From: Schmidtea polychroa
Lineage: Eukaryota
DNA length: 64,000 bases
NCBI GenBank assembly: GCA_044892525.1
Contig: CM097888.1
Location: forward strand, 84,568,001 to 84,632,000
Direction of reading: 5' to 3'
Part shown: positions 36,494-49,200 of the stretch, piece after piece
Layout of the letters: every line of letters begins with the position of its first letter
Numbering within the stretch: position 1 is the first letter of the stretch
Made by a program: the position numbers and the translations under genes
The notes under the pieces: generated by a model
Told to the model about the DNA's origin: nothing
Databases searched by the model: none
The model's input: only the letters and a program-made list of their open reading frames with translations

Positions 36494-36912
36494 ATGACAA
36501 AGAAAATTTCAAGCACTGAAAAACCAAAAGTTGTTCCAGAACTTGTACAACCTTTTCAAATGTTCCACAACTACAAAATGTATTTTTTAAAAGAAGAAAT
36601 CAATATGAAATTTGTGTCACCGATCAAGCTAATTCCTACCCAATTTCGATTCTTATCCAGCACACTTTCAATGATAGATGTTAAATCTATTGATGAGGTT
36701 TTCAAACGGTTGAATACGAATCTATCATGTAATCAACATGCCTGATACAACAACAGATATGCAAGATTTTATGATGCTTTTGATGAAATCAGTTTCAAAG
36801 AAAATGAAAATTGGTATATAACAATTGCAATCCAGGGATATAAAGTTGATAATAATGATGTGTATTCTCCTATTTGGAAAATTATGTCTGCTAGACTTTC
36901 ACAAATATTTTA
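36494..36912 (+). pseudogene. Small hypothetical ORF with one internal TGA
   Basis: ORF 36494-36745 continues in frame after the TGA for about 55 codons. Upstream CTGATTGG box at about 36424. Confidence 0.4.
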
Positions 36913-37054
36913 ATGTTATATTTAATAAATGTATTAGTCATATTTGTTTTTTGTCTTTATTAACAAAGAAATTGCAACATTAATGCAAATAACATGCAAA
37001 TTTAACAAAGAAAATCTATAAACAAACTTAAAATATAGTTGTAAAGTGATGAAA

Positions 37055-37413
37055 ATGACTACAGAAAAAGGTTAACATGATTAATTAAATATCGAATTAT
37101 TTATTATTTAGAATTTGTAATCAACTTTTTGTTGAAAAAATTAGCAAAAATAGCTGGTGTAAAAATTGAGGACATATTATCTGTTACAAATGCATTAAAT
37201 ATCGGCTGGGTAGTTGAGAGTCAAGATTCAGAATTTGATGAAACTGATGAAGAAAACACTGAAGATGATGAGGTAATCATTCAAGAAATTGATGAACCTA
37301 TGAAGGAATTAACGGATACTGAACCGCGTGTATATAGCGATTCTATAAATCATGTTGTTGAAAATGTTATGAAATGCGGAGATGATGAATGTGAATGTGT
37401 GAATAAATTTTAG
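37055..37413 (+). CDS. Small two-exon acidic hypothetical protein
   Basis: ATG at 37055. A 41-bp GT-AG intron (37071-37111) joins in frame to ORF 37129-37413. Confidence 0.5.
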
Positions 37414-37429
37414 TTTGAGTGTATATTCA

Positions 37430-37539
37430 AAGTATAATATATAGAATATCTTTGTAAAATTTTGCCTTGAATATTTTTAGCAGAACCTTTGTGAGCAGTA
37501 CCCATATTGGACAGAATATCTTGTCGGATAAACTCGGAG

Positions 37540-37604
<65 letters not shown>

Positions 37605-38291
37605 TCTTTCGCACGGGCGTTAATATCTTTACCNNNNNNNNNNNNNNNNNNNNNNNNNNNNNNNNNNNNNNNNNNNNNNNNNNNNNNNNNNNNNNNNNNN
37701 NNNNNNNNNNNNNNNNNNNNNNNNNNNNNNNNNNNNNNNNNNNNNNNNNNNNNNNNNNNNNNNNNNNNNNNNNNNNNNNNNTAGGCTTTAAGATGAGTTA
37801 TTGTATAATAAAATCGGATGATGGGAACATTAACTTGTTGCATGATCAAAACCATGTGCCCGCTAAAACACTAATAATATTTTGAAAAATAAAAATAATT
37901 TAACTTTGAAAAAGATGCTGGTCCTCAATTATTAATATCTTTAAAAGTAATAATGATAATAAATATATCTAAATATATCTAAATATATATAAAATGAGCC
38001 ATCAGACGATATAATATAATGATGAGAACACTAAATTGTTGCATGATCAAAACCATGTGCCCGCTAGAACACTAATAATATTTTTTATACATTGTGTTGG
38101 TGTAATAATATGTAAAAGTTTTGCCTTGAATATTTTTAGCAGTACCTTTATGAGCAGTACTTTTGTGAGCAGTACCTTTGTGAGTAGTACCTTTAGGGGG
38201 ACAGAATATCTTGTCTGATAGACTAGAAGTATATATGATAATAATATTCCCCGTGCGCGTAATACTTGTATTTGAACTTGTATTTGAAAAT

Positions 38292-38358
<67 letters not shown>

Positions 38359-38360
38359 CA
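37430..38360. repeat. Tandem duplicated repeat units with (TAA)n tracts, spanning gap 37634-37781
   Basis: 37826-37880 matches 38024-38080 and 37455-37545 matches 38114-38235. (TAA)n at about 37546-37602 and 38293-38356. Confidence 0.85.
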
Positions 38361-38699
38361 AAGTATGTGCAATAATTTTATTTTGTCAAATTTAGCGTCA
38401 AAATATGTTTTTAAAATATATTTAAATTTTAAAATACCGCAACGTAATGTATTTAATAATAAAAAAGGATGCTGAGTCATATCACTTTGTTTCTTAAATG
38501 TCTTTATTATGTAATATGTCTTTGTTATGTAACACTCCTTTGTTGTGTAATATGTATTTGTTTAAATTTATGTCTTTTTTTAAATGCCTTTGTAACGTAT
38601 ATGTCTTTGTTACGTAATTTTTTTAAAAAATTAAAAAACACCCACGGGGGTAAGGTGTGGCGTAATTTCCATTGTGATTTCATCGATTAAGTAATAGTT

Positions 38700-39300
38700 C
38701 TTTGTTCCTGGGTCCACGTGTTACCCTACTGACCTGAATTGGCATACTTTATCTACAATAGGCCTTCATTCTAATTCAATAAGGTTAATAAATAACATGT
38801 ATGACAATGTAAAAACTATCTTTGACTGTGAAGGTGAAAGGTCACTATCGGTTCCAATTTTAAGACGTAAAACAGGGTTGCCCCCTATCTATGACTCTCT
38901 TTTGCCTTTCGATCGATTTTATAATTAAAAACATCTTAATCACTCACACTTTCTTATTTGGTGGTATCTTAGCATATGCTGACGACATTGTACTGGTTTC
39001 TGACTCCTACTCCTCAATTAACTCTGCTCTTCTTGAAACTAGTCTCCTCACCTCACTTGCTAATCTTAAATTCAAACTTTCAAAATCCGGTTACTTCCAC
39101 AGACCACCACTCAATAAAACTTTATGATGAGATTATTCCGAAAATTGACGACTCTAATTTTTATAGATATCTTGGAGTCGACTTCTATAAAAAAAGGCAC
39201 AGCATAGATGAGAGACTCGAATGTTCTATTAGGGGTACCGAAAAATACTAAACTCACTGACTATTTCCCCTAAGGTATTGTAATTTCCTTAAAACAATGT
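38700..39300 (+). pseudogene. Non-LTR retrotransposon reverse-transcriptase fragment (R2/NeSL-like)
   Basis: VKQGCPLS (across a frameshift), LAYADDIVL and FYRYLGV motifs. Confidence 0.8.
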
Positions 39301-39339
39301 TACTTACCAATAAGAATAAGATCATTACCCGTTACAGAA

Positions 39340-42300
39340 AATCTAAATTCACTAAAATCAAGATTTTCTACAAATATTTCACCCCATAAAATACCTAACT
39401 AGAGATGATATATATTGATTGATCATAATTCTTCATCTATTCAGCCAATCATTTTAAAGCAATTATAGAAAACTAAACAACAAATTTCAGTATATCTTAC
39501 AATAATTTTCAAGTAGATTTCAAATATCTATCCTTGATAAAGTTAACTGGTTTCTTGGCTTATGATTTTTAAAAGTTCATCAATGTGTAAATGGAAATAC
39601 TCTTAGAAAATTATTGAGAAAAAATAATTATTTAGTCAATTTCAATATCATTACAAAGTCATCAAAACTAATCATATCAATTGATTATCGACTGTTATTA
39701 AAATTAATTTTTATTTAAAATTCAAAAGCTTATCACTAAAAAATACTGATAATTATCAAGAAATTAATTAAATTTACCTTAGAATTAAAATGAAAACTTT
39801 TAATATTCTTTAAAAATACTTTAAAATTTATTAGAATCGCCATTAAAATCTTAAATTTTAAAAATAACCTAACTGTCTTTAAAATTAATTTTTATTTAAA
39901 ATTTAAAAACTTATCACTATCATTATCATTAAAATTAATTAATTTATCAATTAAATTTATTAGAATCGCGATTTAACTTAACTGTCATTAAAATTAATTT
40001 TTATTTAAAATTTAAAAACTTTTTTATTTGAATCGCCATTAAAACCTTAAATTTCAAAAATAACCTAACTGTCATTAAAATTAATTTTTATTTAAAATTT
40101 AAAAACTTATAATAATACATCAAAATATCAAGAAATCATATAAATTTATCAATTATTAGAATCGCCATTAAAACCTTAAATTTTAAAAATAACCTAACTG
40201 TCATTAAAATTAATTTTTATCTAAAATTTAAAAACTTATCGCTAAAGAATACTGATAATTATCAAGAAATTAATTAAATTTACCTTAGAATTAAAATGAA
40301 AACTTTAAATATTCTTTCAGTCATCATGAAATTTCTAGAAAACTATTGAAAAATATATTTAGTCAAATTCAATATCATTACAAAGTCATCATCAAAAATT
40401 AATCCTATTACTTGATTATTAGCCTAACTGTCATTAAAATTAATTTTTATTTAAAAATAATAAACAACTCAATAAAATACATCAAAATATCAAGAAATTA
40501 TATAAATTTATCAATTAAATTTATTAGAATCGCCATTAAAACCTTAAATTTTAAAATATTCTTTCAGTCAATATGAAATTCACAAAAATGTTAAATATTT
40601 CCTAAAACCATTAGCTCTAAAAAATTACTAATGAATGCCTTAGACACCAAAATTTATCTAAATAATCTTTCAAATTAATTCATTAAAATTGAAGACAAAT
40701 CGCTGGAATTTGTCATTAAATTCAATTAAAATTAAATAAATCAAGATTAGAACTTTTGATAAAAAATATTATTCTAAAATGGTAAGAATTAACACTGTAT
40801 TGTTAAATGGAAAGATAATTATTCTTTAAATCTAATTAACTTAGTCATAATTTTCTTTAATTATTACTACCAATTCTCATCATCTTTCAAAATTTATTAC
40901 TTAATTTTAAATTGCATCCTTTAATTTACTTAATTTAAATTTTATCATTTAATTTACGAAATATAGCCTTTAATTACTTCTTTTTTTAAAATATAGCTCT
41001 TATTATTATTTAATAAAATATCTATTTAAATTTGTCATTGAAAATTATTTCATAAAAATTTGCATCTCAAATTGTCAATTCTCATTGATTTCAAAAATAT
41101 CTGACAATAAATTATTACAGTAATTTTAAAATGTTTACTTTAATTTACTTAATTTAGAAATATAACTATATAATTTAAAAATTTTATAATTTTAGATCTT
41201 AATTTACCTATTTATCTTTAATTTACTTTAATTTAACCCTTTATTTACTTAATTTAACCTTTGCTTACCAAATAGTCATTAATTTACTTTAATTTTTAAC
41301 TTAAGTTTAAAATATAGAGCCTTGATTACTTTTTTTTTAAATTTATCCCTTAATTTACATAATTTATATCTAAATTTATTTCAAAAAAATTTTTATCTAA
41401 AATTGTCATCGAAAAATATTTCATAAAAGTTTTCATTTAAATTTTTTTTTTCTCATCAGATGATAGTTATTCAAAATATCTGACAATAAATTATTAATTT
41501 AATTAAAAATTTTACATTAATTTACTTTAATTTAAAAATTTAGAACTTAATTACTTAATTTAGAATTTTAGACTCTAATTACTTAACCTTAATTCATCTA
41601 TTTAATTTATTTTACTTAATTTTAAAATTTGGTCCTTAAATTACTAATTTGAACTCATTGATTATTTTAATTTAAAATTTAGTCATTAATTAACTTAATT
41701 GAACATTTTAGACCTTAATTACTTAGTTTAAAATTTTAGACCATAATTTACCTATTTATCATTAATTTACTTTAGTTTAATTTTAGATCCTTGATTAATT
41801 CAATTTAAAAATTTATATCTTAATTTACTTAATTGAAAATTTTAGACCATAATTTACCTATTTATCATTAATTTACTTTAGTTTAATTTTAGATCCTTGA
41901 TTAATTCAATTTAAAAATTTAGACCCTTAATTTAATTTAATTGAAAATTTTAAACCTTAATTTGCTTATTTATCCTTAATTTACTTAAGTTTAAAAATAT
42001 AGACAATAATTTACTTTAATTTAAAATTTAGCCATTAATTTACTTAATTGAAAATTTAAGACCATAATATTCATGTGAAATTGTCATTGAAAAACATTTC
42101 ATTTCTCAGGCACTGTTTAGTAGGTAGGCAGAGATGTTAGATAAATTGGGTGGAGCAAAGTATTTCAGTTCGATAGATCTTGGAAATGCATATTATCAAG
42201 TAGAACTAGAAGATGAATCAAAGATAAAAAACGGTGTTTTCAACCAAATCAGGTCAATTTAGGACTAGATTTTAAAGTTCAGTAAATTAAGGTTAAATTT

Positions 42301-42500
42301 AAAAATTAAGTGATCTAGAATTTTAAATAAGTAAATTAAAATTAAAAATTTTAAATTAAAGTAAATTAATGTAATATGTAAATTAAAGTAAGAATTTTGA
42401 ATTTATTAACAAAAAGTTGAATAACCACCAACTTTTCAGAAATAAAAATTTTAAATGGAAATTTTTATGAAATAATTTTGAAAAACAAATTTAAATGCAA
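39340..42500. repeat. AT-rich satellite-like / foldback region
   Basis: Several AATCGCCATTAAAACCTTAAATTTT units (39830-40560) and degenerate TTAATTTACTT arrays (40830-42080). 42260-42500 is an inverted homolog of about 41000-41200 and 41380-41600. Confidence 0.7.
42131..42258 (+). pseudogene. 128-bp Gypsy RT fragment (EMLDKLGGAKYFSSIDLGNAYYQVEL)
   Basis: Closely similar to the reverse complement of 47756-47880. Confidence 0.9.
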
Positions 42501-43178
42501 ATTTTGCTAATAATAAGTAATAATAATTCAATAATCAGATACCAAGTGGTCTTAAGGTATTCAAAAATCCTCATTAGGGGTTCAGGAGTTAGGAAAAATT
42601 AAAGATAGAAGATAAAACTAGCAGAAAGGAATTTAAAAGTCAATACATTTTTACGTTAATAGAAACAGTTTTTAATACACATAATCAAACACTAAAAACT
42701 TTTAAGTAAGACAACCTAAATAATAAAAATTTATTTATAAAAAAGGAATAAATCGAGTACTTTTAAAATCTGTCCTTGATTTGTTGACAGTTTTATGTAA
42801 CGTATTAAAAATGAAATTCCAATTGCTCTATCAAACTTTAAATAATTAACATATTATTGAGATTAATTTAAATTCTTACATATTATTTTGAAACCATTAC
42901 AAATTTGTGACTCTTAAGGTTATTGTTATAATAACATTTTGTGAAAATGAAGCATATCAGTTGATAAGGAACGAAGTGCCACAATAAAAAAATAATAATT
43001 TTTGAAAATTCTTTGAATTAATTCTTCTTTTAATAAATTAATAAAATTAATATATCTCATAAAAATATTTAATGTTTCATTTAATGTTTTAATTTGAAAT
43101 TACCACTAAATAAAATTGTTTTAATTTTTGTTTATAAACTGATATTTTTAAATTTTAATTTTTTATCTTTTTATTATA

Positions 43179-45877
43179 ATGGATACTGATGATGATGATA
43201 GAACTAATATTTATGAAACTAGTGATCAACGCAAATTACTTTCTTTCAAGGTTCCTAAAAAAAATGTCAAAAATAAATGTATGAATTTTAGAATATTTAA
43301 AATAATTAAATTTTTTTTCATTTAAAGGCTCTTATGAAAAAGTGTTATTGCAATCAAATGATTTTAAAGACAATATCTATCCTAAAATTGTTACAAGTTA
43401 TAAAAATCCCAACTCTTGCACATCATTAAAAATTTTATCTGCTTATACTATTTGCAACCAAGAAGTTGAAAAATCTTTTATGAAAAGAAAGCAAATCTTT
43501 AAAAAAGACTTTTCACTACAAAGTGCAAGTGAATGTTTTGGATTCATTTTCTTAAGCAATTTGGCGGAATTTAGAAACATAGTTAGCTCTGGAAAAATTC
43601 GTAATGGGAATCTTAAAGAATCCGTTTTGGGAAAGCCTGACATGGGTATTTTATTCAATTGATTTATATTATAAATGAGATTTAGGTGTATGTGTTAGTA
43701 TGTTTTCAGATGTTTATCATCCTGGAGATGGGAAAAATTTCCCAAGAAACGGGATATTATTAATTGTAAAATATTTGAAGGGTCGCGTGTACTATGTAGT
43801 AGAAGATATTAACCCAATGGAACCTCAGCCAAATTATGATTGTCACATTTCTAAAAATTATAATCAAGAATCATTTCCTTCAATGAATAGAGCTTTTCAT
43901 TCGACTCAGGTTAAATTGAAATATTTGCATACATTACTTATGATTGTTTAAAGGTCTATTTGTATGAATACTCTGATGATTTTGATTTGGAAGATGAACC
44001 AAATCAAATTCTTCCTTGGGCTGCTATAGAATTTTCGTGGGTAGGAAATCCTTTATATAAATTAATTTCAGTTCCAATTTCTATTTCCTGTAATGGAGAG
44101 ACACTTTCCAAAGAGACTAGCAATAAATTTTTTGAAAAAAGACTGAAATCCAGTAATAGAATAACTGGTTGTCCTTCTCAGCGTATTAAACAACTGTATA
44201 GTGATTCTAACCCAGTGTTTTGTACACAACTTCAATTGAAGTTGCCGAAAATTCAGAGGACTGATGACTTATTGGAAATGTTGTCAATTGACATACCTAT
44301 TACTATTCTTTCGTATCATTCGCTATGGACTCCGTTTGATCCATTGTAAATTCTTTTTAAGGGAAGATATAAATTATTCATTATTTACTGATTTCTAGAA
44401 TGTCATCTTCCTGGCAGCTATGTGAATTAATGGAATGGTCTGCATTTGAAAAAGGTTTTATTCAACCGCTGATGAGGGATAATTCAAATGAAATAAATGA
44501 TAACAATTTCAGTATCACTAACGTTTTTAATAAACGAATAACAATTAGTCGGAACCAGGAAAATAAATTTAATAAAAACATGCTTGATACTATCAAATTA
44601 TCAACATTCGGTACACAGTATATTAACTACTTTCGTATGATAATTAATGATCCAAGTCGTGATCGTGCCAAGATGGCGAGACTTATTGAGCATTTTCTTG
44701 AAACTAAAACTGTTATTATATTAATTATATTTTTAGCATTGAATTTTATATAATTATAGGTTGGCAGAATTCATATAAATGATAATTCAGACACTTTATT
44801 ATTTGTGTTTCCAGATAGTAATTTATCTCAGAATTTCGGTACAAAATAATTTTTAAAAATCGTACTTTATTTTATTATCTGATTCATTAAGGAATTCCAT
44901 CAGTACGGACTCTCGATGTCAATTACCTTCACCTTCTTTTGGTTACCAATAGATCTCTTGATTATAATCTTGCAAATAGATATATAAGTTAATATATTTC
45001 ATTATAATTTTTTTTCGTAAATCAAATTTGTTTCGTTAAATGTTTATTTGTCAAAATTAAAATATTTGCAATATTTATTTTAGTAATATATTTAAAGTTT
45101 ATTAATATTTCAGATGAATTGGTGGAAATTGAATTAAAAGCTAAATTATCAAATATATTTCTGGGCCAAGACAATAAAGAGGTTGTGCCATTGATATCTC
45201 TTGACGTTTTAAGACAAACCGTTTGTTGCCAAAACTCTATTCAAAAGTCAAAACTTCGACAAATTTGTGGAATTTACACTAATTTACCGCTAAAGTTCGA
45301 AGAATTAAGTTTTAAATCCTTCACTGATCAAGCCAGGAATGAAGAAAATGATTCCGGCAATCATCAAAAATCGTATAAATCTCAAAGCTCTAATAAAAAA
45401 GTAGAATCTCCTTCGTGTGACAGACCATATGATCCTATTGAGAATTTTGTCGGATTGTCTGATTCTGATAGCTCAAAATTTAAATTAAAAAGATCAATTG
45501 ATTCAAAAAAAATTGAAGATAGCTTGGAACCTTCTCAGATTAAGAAATCTAAACGTGAAGACATGAAAAATGAATTAAACAACAAATTATTTCAATTATT
45601 TGCTAAAATTGAAAATACTGATACCAATGAAATTGTAGAAATGAACTCAAGTGAAAGTTATAATACTAAGTCGACTTTTTATCAGTACGCCTCAACTCTA
45701 GACAGAAACAAATTTCAAACTCAATTTAGACCTGGAATTTCGGTTTATGTTCCTGAATCAAATAACATTTGTGAACAGAGAAACTCAATGGATAAAGATT
45801 TTCGATATCAAGATCCGTTAAATCAGCAATATTTTTATTCAGATTCAATTTTAAAACAAAACGGTTTCAATCGGTAA
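43179..45877 (+). CDS. TASOR: TASOR/FAM208-like protein (pseudo-PARP DUF3715 plus SPOC-like domain), 8 exons
   Basis: FKVPKK, EKSFMKRK, LGKPDMGV, EPQPNYDCHISK and TQVYLYEY...ILPWAAIEF match the recalled TASOR DUF3715 pattern. Introns: 43279-43327, 43646-43685, 43910-43953, 44346-44398, 44712-44759, 44839-44891, about 44989-45113. Confidence 0.75.
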
Positions 45878-46210
45878 CGGCCCATGTTTTTGTTTCTTGT
45901 ATATTTTGTGTAATAAATATATTTTCAACTCTAAAAGGTCAATTGAAGTAAAAAATTATATATTTCAAAATATTAGAAATTATCTGTTTTTTTAATATTT
46001 ATTTTATTATGACTACCGTGTTTCTTCGAAAGATAGACATAGGCTGGTTTGTGTTTGTTGTCTTATTTGCTGTTCTTTCGCGAATGGTTTATCTTCGGCC
46101 ATTTGGAGGTTTAAAGTGGACGGGGTGAGGATCATGAATAGTTGTGACAATATTTTCTACTCTATTAATACAATTTAATTAATATATACAACCAATTTAT
46201 CGTACATATT

Positions 46211-49200
46211 TGTTGAGGTCTCACTATTTGAGATTCCAAACTTTACAGGTTTTTATAAATATAGTGTTGGATACAGGGAAAATAATTTAGGCTCAATCCT
46301 AAGCTACCTTCATGACTTGCCATCGATCTCCTTTACGTGTGCCCTTGTTGACAAATCAGGTTGGTGATACGCACGCAGCTCGGAACTTGCGAGCAGGTGA
46401 GCCCCTGTGTTAGGACTACTCTCAATATTCACAGTACGGGTTCCTGAGTGCCGATAGTAGGACTTACCTCTTCACTGATTCGCTAGCCTGGCACATCACC
46501 GGTCTAATTCTTATAACTTTATTATAATAAAAAATAAAAACCTTCAAAGATTTCGCGAACGTTCATAAATTAAACAGAATTGTCATCCAAACATTTCATT
46601 TTTTTATTTCTAATCCCAATTTCCATATCGATTTCTTTTTTATTTTTAATTTTACTATAGTAAATTATCGCTATATAGTTTTTTTAAAAAATCTGGATTT
46701 CCCAGATAGTGGCATTTTATATTTTAGTATTCACAATTCCTAATTGTGAACACTAAAATATTAACAAAAATAGCTGTACATTACATATGTAATTATCAAA
46801 TAGGTATCTGTAGGAATCCTTGTAGAGTTTCCGCCTATTTGATAGTCTTTTTAGTTGTTGGTTATATACATTATAATTCCTCCAATTTAAACTTATCTTT
46901 CTATAAACTATTTTAATATGTACTTATATTCGCTACAAACATCACCAACGGAGTCTTCCTACTCCAATCTCTTACATCCTATCTAGAATGAACGTATCCT
47001 GATAAACCGCAAAAATATGTCACCAGAACCTAATTTGATGAAAATACCGTACCAAACTAACCGGATTTACCCACCAAACCAACTTAACTGGATTAATCTC
47101 AGAAAATCAAATGGATTCAAAATTACACTTATCCTTGGAACCTAAATTCAAGTAAACCAATTTAATCTTGACAAAAACTACAACAATATACCGGACCAAA
47201 TTAACCGAATTAGCTTCCAAACCAAATGGATTAATTACAACTGAATTCAAAATTACACTTGTTCCTGGAATCCAAATACAATTCAACCAAAGTACAAATG
47301 ATGGAGCTTTGGCTCCTCATTCAGAGATTTAAAAATTAAGAAACTTAGAAATTCAAGGGTGATAATTTTTATTGAAATAAAATTTGATTTTTTTTTGCAT
47401 ATTCCTAGGAAGCTTCTCAGATTCTTGACACATTTTGGCTTTTCAAATGATTTAATCGCGTCTAGCTCTGACGGGTTCGTTTGTATTCCATCTTTGTTTA
47501 TTATGTGACCTAAATATTTCACTTCCTCTTTAAGGATATGGTACTTTTCAGGGTTTATCCTAAGACTCGCTTTTCTAATTTTGTCCAGCACTTCATTTAA
47601 AACTTCGCATTGATGATTGATCGTTTCTGTATATATATAAATATCATCTAAGTAAACTGCTGCATATCTCGTACCCATTAATACTTTTCCCATCAGTTCC
47701 TGAAACATACCTGGTGCCGCTGCTATTCCAAATGCCATTCTGTTCAAACAGTATTGCCCTGATTTGGTTGAAAACGCCGTTTTTAACTTTGATTCGTTCT
47801 CTAATTCTACTTGATAATATGCATTTCCAAGATCTATCGAACTGAAAAACTTTACTCCACTAAATTTATCTAACATCTCTGTTATATTTGGCATAGGAAA
47901 CGCCTGTCTCTTTGTTACTGGGTTTAATTACCTGAAATCAAGGCATAATCTGATATCCTGCTTTTCTTTCTTCCAGACGCATATTAATGGAGTGTTCCAT
48001 GGCGAATTACACTTTTTGATAATATTGTTTTCCCATAAGTTTTTATCGCTTCATCTGTTTTACCTTCCAAGTTGACTGGTTGTCTCCAAGGTTTAATATT
48101 TATCGGTTTTCCTTGAGTTTCTATTTTATGCTTCAACAGCTTTTGGCAGCCAATGTCCCATTTATCAGCCAAAAAAACATTTGATTCTTTTTTATAATGT
48201 TTAGTAGTATCGGGTTATTTATCTTTAAAGTATTCTTTGGTTTTTGAAATCGTTCCATCTCCGTTATTGTCTTCAGACATTTGGCTTCGATAATGCACAT
48301 GTGCTCTTGCGTCGTTTTCTTGACCTCTTCTTTACTTGACCTCTTCGTCACTTTAGTTGTATACCAAATTGTTTTTGCAACTCTATACAACCAATTACCT
48401 CTGGAGTCATATATCTTACTCTCGTAAATTTTACCCTTCTTTTCCTGCAATTTATTCCTATTTCTAATATTGCTTTACCTTTCGTTTCTAAAACACTATT
48501 ATGTATCAGTCGTTGTTGTTAGTTCTACATCTTTAAGTTTCTCAAATTTACACTAACTCATGACATTTACTGTAGCTCCTGTATCGAGCAGGCATTCCAT
48601 CTTCTGGTCTTGTATTTTAATAGTTACACTTGGTCGGCCTTGCATTTTGTTGAGGTCTGTAAATTAAAATAAATTTAAATATTACGATGTCCAGATTTTA
48701 CGAAACTATTTATCTTGATGACGGATGCAAGCAATGTTGCATTGGGCGTGGTGTTGGGCCAAAAAATTAAAGGTGAAAAGGACCACGTAGTAGCATACGC
48801 AAGCAGATCACTGAGATCTCATGAGAAAAACTACTCATCTATTGAAAAGGAAACGTTAGCGTTAGTGTGTGGAATTACTACTTTTAGACAATATTTATTG
48901 GGCAGGAAATTTACTGTTTATACGGATCATAATCCACTACAGTGGTTAATGAAACACAGAGATTCAGCCAGTAAGTTAATTCGATGGTCGATTGCCCTCC
49001 AAGAATACGATTTTGAGATTAAATATCGGACAGGTAAAGCTAACGCAAATGCAGATGCAACGTCAAGAATCCCAGAAATTGATAGCGAAGGAACACCTGA
49101 AAAATTGGAAGGTACTGTTGAGGTCTGTAAATTAAAATGAAATTTAGGTTAATAAGTGAAGAGAAAAGACAAATAAAAGCGGGATCATGCACAGAATTGA

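Noticed and set aside
38223-38480. Poly-Ile ORFs
   Set aside because: Translations of (TAA)n microsatellites.
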